Assembly: GCA_965285935.1 (NCBI GenBank)
Contig: OZ260665.1
Coordinates: 55,490,001 to 55,554,000, forward strand
From: Ophelia neglecta
Taxonomy: Eukaryota
Direction of reading: 5' to 3'
DNA length: 64,000 bases
Shown here piece by piece: positions 26,001 through 38,000 of this stretch. The position numbers and the translations under genes are program-made. The notes beneath the pieces are model-generated. The model had not been told where the DNA came from, did not search any database, and was given only the letters and a program-made list of their open reading frames with translations. The stretch's first letter is position 1; each line of letters starts with the position of its first letter.

Positions 26001-29000
26001 TATAACATGCACAGATGTACTGTGTTGGCTTTTCTTATAGGTATTGTTTTCTATTACATCCTAAAACTGTTTCAGTTGCAACGTACTTGCGTAATTATGT
26101 AGTTGCAACCTTAAGACAAGAAATACCAACAAAGTCTACGGTTGGTGGCACAAATCTTGGGGCCCGGGAACAAAAATTATGGACGGCGGAGTCGGTGGGC
26201 TATAACAGTTACTGTACAGGCAATATGGTGAAAATCGGTATAATCATTCATGAATGTAAAATGTATTGCATATTACTGATACTATACCTTTTTCTTATTG
26301 GCTACGTTGCCTGTTATTGAATAGACACAGACATAGATATAAATGCATATCCATTAATAAGATGGTTTAATTCTATTCATAATGCACTAGGCCTATTTGC
26401 TTATTGAAATATAGGCCTATTGGTGTTATTACGAAACGACACATATCCACTTTATGGAGGGCTTTAGTTCTTATTGTTCCACGCCAATCTATATGTGACT
26501 TTATTTGTTATTACATTATTCCAACTCAGGCACATTGGTCAATCTACCTGGCTCTCCGGTATCCCCCTGCCTGCCCGGCGGTCCTTCTGCTCCTCGTACC
26601 CCGGGGGGTCCGATCTCTCCAATGAATCCACGGGGACCCAACTGCCCGGTAGCTCCGGTTCGTCCCGGAAAACCTCGCTCTCCGGGCTGCCCTCGCTGGC
26701 CTTTTAGGAAAGGCAACGAATGATGTTATTACATAGGCTTAATTTAGAAGAAAAATTGCTGTAGGGTTGTTTATTAGTCGTTCAATGATTGTGATTCTAA
26801 TAAAATCGTGATTACCAGTGCCCCCAGTCCGTCCGATAATACCAGGCTCTCCCTGGACGCCCCTAGGCCCCGGCCTGCCTTCGGGGCCTGAGGCTCCTGT
26901 AGGACCGATTGGTCCGATACCGCCCGTTGCACCAGTTTGTCCCCGCTGGCCAGGTTCTCCCGAGAACCCTCGCTCCCCTGGCGGACCCGTGGGTCCGGTA
27001 TTCCCATCTCGACCGGCAACCCCAGGCCTACCTTGAAGTCCTGTGTTGCCTGAAGCGAAAGATCAGTTCTGAATCATTTTATGCCAATTCAACTGCCAAT
27101 AGGAAATTGTTTTTCCAGGCAATTCGGTAACAATATAATACATATACAATATAATTAAGAAGAAAGTGTTAGAAAACAGTAATAATGTATCCAGCAATCA
27201 AATATATTTATACGCCCATAGCCTAATGCATAGCCTCATGAATATAAAATGAAAGTGTATATTGAAATATGCCTCAAAGACCACCTCTCTATTCAGACAA
27301 CCTGTCAATTCGGACTATACTTATATGAAGACCCTGCTGTGCACTTTCAAAGTGAAATAACCTGTCTAAACAGACCACCACCCAAATCAGACAAAAATTG
27401 TACAATCCCTTGAGTGGTCTCAATTCACATGCTTCACGGTACCCAATATATATATTTAAGAGTACAATCCTACCAGTGTCTCCGGGCCTTCCTTGTACAC
27501 CCTGTGGGCCCTCCGCTCCCCTCGGACCTATTGGTCCAATGCTGCCTGTGGCCCCAGGGCGACCATCCTCGCCTGGAAAACCCTCCGCTCCAGGTCTACC
27601 GGGCTCACCGGGTTCTCCTACACGACCCGGTTCTCCAGTGCGTCCTGTCAGCCCAATGGAGCCAGGCAGGCCCACTTCGCCCCGCTCTCCCCTCTCCCCG
27701 ACACGACCTAAACACAATTACCAAATCATATTATGGGTGCTCATCGTGGGGTTTTCCTATAACGTTATAATTTATGTTATTGTACTATACTGTGAAATTC
27801 CAGCGTTGCAAACTAGTATACAGGTATTAACTTACCCGGTGTCCCAGGGTTTCCTGCTGGGCCCGGATCTCCGGGAAAACCCCTCGGTCCCTCCCGTCCT
27901 ATAGTTCCAGTTGCGCCTGCAGGCCCCGTGCTACCTGGAGGACCAGCTGTTCCAGTCGAACCTGTCGGGCCAGGTCTTCCTGCCGTGCCTAGTCTCAAAA
28001 TAACAAGATTATATTACAATAATAGTCTATGCGTATATCTAACTATAATTAAGTATTTCAAATAGCAGCAATAGGCCCGATAATTTTTTTATGGCATTCT
28101 TACTATAGGCAAATAATAGCTCACATTTTTGTGCATCAGTATAAATCGGTTAAACAAATAAGCACTTGGTTAACTGACCTCATTCAAGTTATCGTGATAT
28201 TTTGTTTAAGATAGTTGAAATAGGCCTACTGTTTGCAAGCAAGTGTTGATAACAAAATATAATTTCGACTGCGTTTGGTTTCTTTCGCATAAAGGTAACT
28301 TTGCCCGGAGCAGTTTGCCAGCCTTTTTATTCTCATGACTTAAATGGTAAATAGTTTAAGCTTTTCCAAATAAAAACTAACGGTTCCAAGTATTTTGGCA
28401 TAGTCTATTATTTCAGTAAGAACAAATTCCGTGGAATCGTTGTCAAACCTAAACGCCAATAAATGAACAGCCCAACCTGTGGCTCCTGTCATTCCGTTAC
28501 GACCCGGTTGTCCATTTGCTCCTGGGCTTCCCGTTAATCCCCTTAAGCCGGAGCTTCCAGACTCTCCTTTCTGACCGGGATCGCCTCTCGCGCCGTCACG
28601 GCCGTCTCGACCGGGGGGACCTTCCTCTCCCCGGGGCCCGGTCCAACCAGTTCCTCCTGTCAGACCGGTGATACCTACATCACCCTTGTCACCTGGAAAG
28701 AACATGTCGACCTTCATGTTAAGTATATATAATTCATATATCAATTCGTGCAAGAACCTGTCTTTGTTTGTTATGGCTAACTGTAATATATCTCCAGCTA
28801 TTTTAATCGTAAATTCATCAATCGCCATAAAGTATATGCCCCCCAGTAGTTTACCTTTCTCTCCTGTTCTCCCGATTGGTCCATCTCTACCCGGATCTCC
28901 CCGGGGGCCTACAGGGCCAGTAGGCCCGATCGGTCCCGTAGATCCGCTATCTCCTGGCCGACCGATGACTCCAGTAGCCCCCGGCTGGCCAGTTCTACCC

Positions 29001-32000
29001 GGAGCTCCCTCCAGACCTCGCGGACCCTCTCTACCCTCTAGACCAGTGGCTCCACTGGCTCCAGTTAAACCACCAATACCTGACGATAACAACAACTTAT
29101 GCTTCAATATCAAGGTGCTGTGAATCAGATTAATGTTGAAGATGTAATTGCACACTCTGAGTGTCTCGGAAGGACTACACCGTAAGGCGTCGGTATTGGG
29201 TGGATATCAAACAGGTTAATGTACGAGTTTACTCTACGGTAAAAAAAACTCGTCTGTGGTCATTTTTTATCCATTTTGTAGCCTCGAAATCAGAACATTA
29301 TCGAATACACCTAACTAACGGACAAAGTAAAGAGCCGATTACTGCTGCCAGGCTATTTCATTATGATAGGTCTTATCTTATAATCTACTAGGTATTGGTT
29401 TATTGATTAGCTGTGGTACCTGTAGCGGTATTGGAGTATATACTTTACGTGTATGTTATTTTTACCTGTAGCTCCTGTTCGGCCATCATCGCCTTTCTGT
29501 CCATTGTCGCCCTGTCTACCCGGAGCGCCGGCTGGCCCTGTCCTCCCGATAGGGCCTGAAGCTCCCGTGATACCCCTGGGACCCTCCCGACCTGTGACTC
29601 CTGTACTTCCCGGGGACCCATCTCGACCAGCGTCTCCCAGGCTGCCTTTAGAACCTTTGTCCCCTTTCCTACCGGTCTGACCAGCCTCGCCTGACAATAA
29701 CAGTGTACAATGGAGATGAGACAAAAAGGAAATAACATTTGAATAAGCACATTCCTGCAAATCCGGTGTATCAGTCTGATTGGAAGGGTAGAAGGACAGG
29801 CTATCGCTTAAATTTGGGCACTAAACGCAAATCATGTTAAGGAAAATACAAGTGATTAGAGGGGGTTGTTTCACCTCGTTCGCCCTGCCTCCCGGGGTCA
29901 CCCTGAGGCCCAAACGGCCCAGGCCTACCGTCTCGGCCGGGTATACCCTGTGTACCGGTAGCGCCACTCCGACCTGTTGGCCCTAGGGGACCTAAAACAG
30001 CAAAAGGATATATAAGTCTTCTTTATCAATCAGTAAATATTTCCCTAATAGACTGATATTAGTCCTGTTAACCTCCTGTACCTGCACTTCCTGTAGATCC
30101 AGTGAATCCCCGTGGTCCAGTTGCCCCCGTTGGACCGGTCACTCCCGGGCGACCATCCTCCCCGGAGAAACCCCTTGGACCCTCTCGCCCGCTGGCCCCG
30201 GTTGCTCCTGGCGACCCTTGTCTTCCCTGAATTCCCTGGGAACCTGAGGGACCTATTGGCCCAGTCTGACCGGTTGATCCCATCTGACCGGGTTCACCCT
30301 GCCTTCCATCACGTCCTGGTTCCCCGGAACGACCAGTGGCTCCCGACTGCCCATCAGAACCACTTTGACCAGTTGCTCCAGTTTGTCCCAGAAACCCTCG
30401 TGGACCAGAACTTCCTGTATTGGAAAGCAAATATCACTCGATGGCCTCTTCAGTTAATCTACCCAAATTTAATTAGGGCATGAATATTTGACTGACTGTG
30501 TAAACACTCTTGTATGAAATCCTACCCCTCTCTCCTGGTCTTCCTGGCTGTCCTGTTGCTCCTGGGTTACCCCTGGGGCCTTCTCTGCCTTCAGGACCAG
30601 GGATGCCGGGACGACCTTCGGGTCCTGTGATACCGGTGGCCCCACTAGAACCACGTGGACCAGATGATCCTTAAAACAATGAAATTGTGTAAATATTTAA
30701 TTAAATTAGGATGATTTGTTATTATTGTCTACATACTTTTTATTTTGAAGAATTTCAAACTGGTAAAGTAGGAATGCAGTGCAAAAACCTGAGGCGCCCG
30801 TTGTCCCGCGTGGACCAGCCTCGCCGGTGGCACCCGGGAGACCATTTCTTCCCGATGGTCCTGATACAGAATAATATGAATCAGTTATTGTAAGTGGTAA
30901 ATGGCATATGAGATCCTTTTAAACTAGCAGCGTTTATGTTAGGTATCAAGACTTCCTGGAAAGCTATATAATGAACGTAGGTTATGAATATAAAACTGTT
31001 CATGTCACTAATGCTATGCCTAATCAAGGGTATCTATAGGTAAATCACATACAAGTGAGCGCTTAAAGATTCTGTACACTGAATTATAGCCAAAATATTC
31101 ATTGTTATTGTCCATGTCATTGGTAAAAGACTGAAAGCATTGAGTTCACACACCGGGGTTACCGTCTCTGCCGTCTTGCCCGGGGCGACCGGTGTCTCCC
31201 TGACGTCCGGGTTCTCCAGGCCTCCCGTCCGTCCCGTCTCGTCCGGGCAGACCAGATGTACCAGTAGCCCCTGTTCGGCCAATTGGTCCAGGACGACCTT
31301 CAATGAGACCAAAATCAGGCTGTATGATTAACTGCAAATTCCCGCGTTCAATATTTTCATGGCTTTTATCTCTAAACCTACCCTTCTCACGAAGGTGCAC
31401 ATTCTGTAGGCGTGATAATCTATACAGTGACTTTTCTTTTTTTTGTCTAACATGTCTATTGGGTCTCTTTTAGCAGAGGGAACCGCACCACCATGATTTA
31501 GTATTCTTGGGTCTCTGGATGGATTCAGAAACTTTATTTATTGTGAATAGACTGAGCGGTTAGAGTGTTGTTGGTCTCGCTTACCGTCGGCTCCCGATAA
31601 GCCGACTGGCCCTCTTTCTCCCGGTGAACCCGGCTCGCCACGCTCTCCTCGGAAACCCTGCTCTCCTATGGCACCAGCCGAACCAGAATCACCTATAATA
31701 TAAACACAGTGAAAATCAAAACTAGACCTTTTACCTGGTTTAATGGGGGGCTGCGATTTAAATGCTCTCGAATGTTTATGTTTTAAATGTCCAAAGGCCC
31801 TTAAATAATTCCAAACATCACTTCAAGTTTGGAGTAACTGAGTGGGATAAAATGATTATCCAATTAGGGATTATTGAAATTTGTTCAAAGGCGGCTTGTT
31901 TTCAGAGGTACATCTTAATTTCTATTATACTGTCCAGCTTTATAATACATATATGCCTATATCTAAATATAATCCTATCTGCGAAAAAAGGTCGAATAAC

Positions 32001-35000
32001 CTGCGATAAAAGGTTAAATGGTGATGAACTGGTTTACTATACTCATTTCCTTCTTGACATTTTAACGGATAATGAGGCAATTAATTATAAATGGACATCA
32101 AAGTCCATAATTAAGAACTCCGTTCGCAAACCCTGAAGCCCTATCTAAAATTTCTCTGTAAAGATTGCCTATAGTGTATACCTCTGTCTCCTTTGGGTCC
32201 AGGAGGTCCTGTTTGCCCGGTACTGCCCGTGTAGCCTCGAGGACCCAGGGGGCCTGTCGCTCCACTCTGACCATCTCGACCGTCACGGCCATCTAAACCT
32301 ACAACCATGCAACGCGGGGAGAACAAGTTGAATACTCTGTATTATATCGGATTAATTACAGATTTAACATTTAAAACAATGCACTGACATGTCTCCTCAA
32401 TCCAGCGGGTGCTTTGCACATGAAATAATAATTCATGATTATTATGCTTCAATCTGTTTTTTGGAAACTTATAATATTCATATTCTGTTGAGGCTCGATT
32501 CACCAGGCTTTACCTGGAGGTCCTGAGGAGCCTCTTTGTCCACTTGCGCCCGTGCTGCCGTCTCTGCCAGGTTGTCCGTCTCTCCCCCTTTCTCCGGGAG
32601 ACCCCTGCGGCCCGCTCGGTCCTATAGCACCTGTCGTACCTCGTCGACCGGACTGTCCAGGATCTCCGGTCCTTCCTGGCGGCCCCGGGCTGCCATCACG
32701 CCCGGGCTCTCCTCGAGAACCAGGGGGGCCAGATGGACCTACAAACACCCAAGGAGGATAACTGAATAATAGGTTATATTTAACAACCTAATCTATTCTC
32801 AGACGGAATTAATGGAAATTACTGACCTATTGGTCCTGTGCTGCCATCCCTTCCACTACTACCAGTGGCACCCGAGGGACCCGGCCTTCCCGTCAGTCCT
32901 GTGGCTCCTGTCAACCCCGACCGACCAGTCATACCTGACACAGCAGAAAACTTACATGGATAAGGTTACTCAAAATATAATCATATTTACTCAATGCTTA
33001 AGGGCAGTTCAGGCCCCTGTGTCGAATATTGTCTTGTAGAAAACTGTTGTTGGTGAAGGTACTACGCTTGCCCACCTGTAGCGCCGGTAATACCCGGCCT
33101 GCCGGTGTCCCCTGCGTCTCCCTTTGAACCCGGACCACCCCGCTGTCCCTCGGGCCCCGGGCTGCCATCACGGCCTGGTTCTCCAGCTTCACCTGAAACA
33201 CATTAGGGTAGACTTATGGCCAATTCAGAACCGCTCCAATCGGAGCGCTGGATCTATGGGCCTACAGTCTGAATGTAACGAGCTTGGAAACAAGGTAAAG
33301 TGACATTCCCGAAAAGAAACTTGCCTGCTATCCCCCTTTCGCCGGCAGCGCCTGATCTTCCCGGTAGCCCATCTCTCCCGGCTTGCCCCGTTGGCCCAGG
33401 CCGGCCGTCCCGACCCGCCGGACCCATGCTTCCTGTCTGCCCAGTTCGTCCTGTATAACCGGTGGCCCCAGACGTGCCCGATTGCCCCTTCTGTCCGGTG
33501 GGTCCAGGTCGTCCGTCTGTACCTCGGATCCCAGCCTCTCCCCTGTCACCCTTATCACCGGGTCTGCCTTCAGCTCCTGAAAGTAAAGTTATACAATCAT
33601 AGAAGTGAGTTTGAAATGTGACTATACACATACGTCAGGAATACTATCAGAAAAGTCACACAAGCGCAACAGAAGCCTGCATCATCATGTTCTTTCATTG
33701 GGTAAGGCCTTTAGTTTAGGAATTTATTGTAAATAGAAAGTGTTTTCAAACCGGGACTGCCGACTGCCCCTGTTCGTCCTTGTCTTCCGTCTGGTCCAAG
33801 GGGTCCAGTTGGGCCCGTGGGTCCCGTTGGACCAGTGGGCCCTGTTCTCCCCGGGTCTCCCTGCCGCCCACTAGCACCGGTCGCCCCAGGTGGTCCGGAG
33901 AGGCCGGTAGCCCCGGATTCTCCATTCCTGCCACTGCTCCCTGTCGAGCCCGGCTCTCCGCGCTCTCCAGGCCGACCCTGTGGACCTTCTCTACCCGACG
34001 CACCTAGGGTCAGACATTAACAGAAATTAGGCCTGAACAGTCTTGTTCTACAATAATTCGGAAGAAGGGGCTCTCACATTGTCCATCAGCGACTCGTCCC
34101 CAATTAATTAATAAACCAAGCTAAATATAGATTTTACCTGTAGCCCCGGAGGGTCCCGGGCTGCCCGATGACCCTGTGGCCCCGGTGATTCCAGACCTCC
34201 CCGGAGTGCCCTGAGATCCGGGCTGTCCATCCCGACCCGAAGTGCCTTGAGGACCAGTTGGCCCCACTGGACCCGTCTGCCCGCTGGGACCTTCAGGACC
34301 GCTCGGGCCAACGGGTCCTGAAAATTGACGTTCCTATATATTACCACTTTGGGGACTGGACTTTAAACATTAGTTCTGTCATTTTACAACAATCAATCAA
34401 CAATATTATTAGTTACTCTCATTTAATGTCTAACGGCTAATCAGCTTCATTATGTAGACCAAATTGAAGAGAGACCTGTATGGCCTGTGGCCCCTGTTCT
34501 TCCAGCCCGACCATCGCTCCCCTGGGGTCCTGTGGATCCCGCTTCTCCACGGGGACCCTGTGTGCCTGTCGCTCCGGTCCGCCCTGTAAATAGTATCAAA
34601 TGGTCCAGCACATGCATGTCCTTTGGTTATAAATATCATGAATAAAAGTTTACTACGAGCCGCATAACATAGACTAGTATAGGATTCAACACAGACATAT
34701 TATCTAGACCCACATAAGCATTATTTGCTTCAGGAGTCTTTGTTGGTTTTATTATTTACTTTTGTATACTAATGTTGTTGTTAATAAAATAGTACTACTA
34801 CTACATATATACATATATCCTTACCGGTTTGTCCGGTAGCTCCCGTAATTCCTCCTCCAGTACCTCCCGGCCCAGTCGGCCCCGGCAGGCCGGGCCTACC
34901 CGGAGGTCCTGGCGACCCAGGAGGACCGGGGGGACCTAAAATAACCAAACAAGAATTTACTACCTCGCATAATTAATGTAACAAAAATGTATATCGCAAT

Positions 35001-38000
35001 TATTTCATAAATCAACAACTAGATTAAACCTTCCTATACTTTTAACCTGAATTTCAGTAAGGCTCTTGGTCATGTTACACCAAAATTTCATAATTATTGA
35101 CTGAAAAAACTAAGATTCACCAGCTATGGGTTTGGGACAAGCAAGTTCCACAACTTTATTGACTAGCGACTTGGCGGCGAGGTCGTCGAAGCTGGCCACG
35201 GTGACGACATCGTTTTCGCCGGTAGCGATCACACTGAGCTCTCCTCGGTTCACCTTCTCGGTGATGCCCACGGTGATCATGTGGATATCAGCCGAGCGCA
35301 CCGCGGACGCCTGGGGTATAAGATCTATCAATCTCACGTTACTTTGACCGTCAGTGATCAAAATACCGACATCTTCTATCTGATAGCGGTTGCCATTGTC
35401 TGTGCTGAACATCTCGGTCCTAGAATTAATAAATTTCATTAGGACTTGAATTAGATCTAGCTAATTATTATTCTAGATTTCAACAGCCTGGTCCATGCCA
35501 TCCTTTTCTTAAGATTCATTGGTGATTACGGGTGCTAAACTGCAGCTGGTCTGATGTGAATACTTATTTTTATGGTTGACATATTTTGCATCTATTTTTG
35601 CTTCTAGTAGTTGGATCAATAAAATTATGTATCATTGGTTTAATACATAATTATAGTTAATTTCTATTCTAAGAACTGAAGAAATGGGGGTGGTGGGGGC
35701 ATATCAGGTATGTGCATAAAGCATCATCTACCTGACCAACACTGACACAATGAATTACCAATTGCCACGCCTTTCATTATCACATAGTATTACTACAAAT
35801 AAGTAAAATTCAATTGCAGTTCTCAATATAAGCGACGATGGAAATGTTTATACACAATTAAAACACATCTACATTAAGTTTGTCTTAAACTGTGCTGTTA
35901 GAAGGAATTTCCCCACATTGATGTCCATCTGCCGTAGCCAAATATACCTGAGTAGGGCAGTGGCAATAGAACTGAATTGGCGAGAGTTCCTACCTGAGAA
36001 ACTCTAGAGCCCCGGGGGTGTTGGTTGAGCGACCCATGTAACCAGCAGACTTCACCTTAGCAGCGATCTCCTCTCGAGTAAAAAGACTACTCAGATAAAA
36101 GTGATATGTCACATCGGCGCTGTAGAGCATCATACCTATGTGAACCGTGTTTGGCCCCACCTTAAAATACCAAATTATTATCATAAAACTCATAATTGAG
36201 AATTAAATTCATTCAAACTGGATCACGTGTGCTACTTGTGCCTTGATGTATCACTAGGCTAAAATAAAAAAAAAATTCTATAAAGAAAAGGAGTTACCTT
36301 AAATTTGTAGACAATGTCGACTATAAACTGCAGGATGCGGTCCCAGTTTCTTCCGTCCTGCGCGTTGATGCTGCCCGAAGAATCCACGACAAACACTAAG
36401 TCAACATCTTCTTCGCAGACTTTTAAATCAACCAATCAAGTAGTAAAATTTATGTTTGTCAAAACCCATGATCATTGACAAGTAATTCAGATTAAAACAA
36501 CAGATATCAACACTCTATATTAACTATCTTCACCAAAATGTAGTAACAAGTTAATATGGTTATGCATAATTATAAACCAAGGCGTTAGGTCACACTACAT
36601 TATAAGCTTATCTATCAGCCCATGCATTTTCAGCTTTACACTAGAGTTAAGCGCATGCAATGGTATAGGAAACCCTGGTCTGTATATTTTTACAGACAGT
36701 ACAAAATATACTTACATTCAAGTTCCGGGGGACTAGGGGAGGGATATGTGGTGGGTGGGGAAGGTGTTAGGTCAGGTAATGTTGTTTCCGGAGGATAAAT
36801 TCCATAATAGCAAGCCCCTTGGATCATTTTAATAAACCCCACCTCGTACATCCGGCCAAAATCTGGAATTCGTATGACGTCATTTTTAGAAGAAGCTATG
36901 CTGCGCAGTTGTTGGGTATCTTCTTCAGTCATGGTGATTCCTGTGGCTATTATATTTATACCAGCATCCTTTGCCGCACGGGCTTCTGGGATTGTATCAA
37001 GCATTCTTTCATTGGCCACACCGTCCATGATGACAATGGCCACATTAGGTATATTTTGTCTATCTCCTGCTGACTGCCGGAACACTTGTTCGCGCATGAT
37101 CTGTAGGCCGTCTGCTGTATTGGTGGTGCCACCTATGAATGTAATTCGCCCCAAGGCGCCTAGCAGCTTCTCCGTGTCGTTATACCGGTTAAGGGGGAAC
37201 TCTACCTGTCCCCTGTTGCTAAATACAATAACTCCAACTCTCACGTGATCGTATCCCACATTAAACTGTGACACTACTCTTTTTAGGAAGTTCAATAGTA
37301 AATCCCAGTTATAGGGATACTTTTCGTTAATGCTCCCTGAGGAGTCAACCACAAAGGTCAGGTCTAGATCTTTAAGGCACACTGCAAAGGAGTATTAATG
37401 TAGAGTGGATGAATGAAGAAAGTACGACAATAGGTTATAGGTTAGTAACCAGAAGACACTGAAATAATTGTCAAATAAACCACGCTCAACTACATATACA
37501 ACCAAAGACTTTTAATTAGCTCGAGAAAGTTGTTGCTGGGGATCTTAAAGGCAAAGGAATTATAGTTTCCGTATGTTGCTGACAAAACCAACTAAGACTT
37601 GTAAGACCAGAGGGTGTCCAAGGCACCTTCAACTCCAAGATTAACATGAAAGGGGTCAGATTTGTGAGCTGTGGAAAAGTGAATCATAATCCCTGACTTG
37701 CACACCGAATAGCTCGAGTATGATGTGGTAAGACCTGAAGCGTTATGAAATAAGGCTTCATAGGATAACACTCTTCGTATTCAAAATGAATCTTAGCTCA
37801 ACATGCTGTGACATTCATTAGTAAAAGTAGATAAAACTGCTTTTGACTAATGATGTAATCTATAGTACCACACTTTAATTCAAAAATGTTAATAATTACA
37901 TGCACACTAAGCAAATTGTAAGTGACACGTCATACTGGATAGTTTTTTAGAATATTTTTGCATCATTGTAATTGATGATAAGGCATTGGACTGCACTCTT

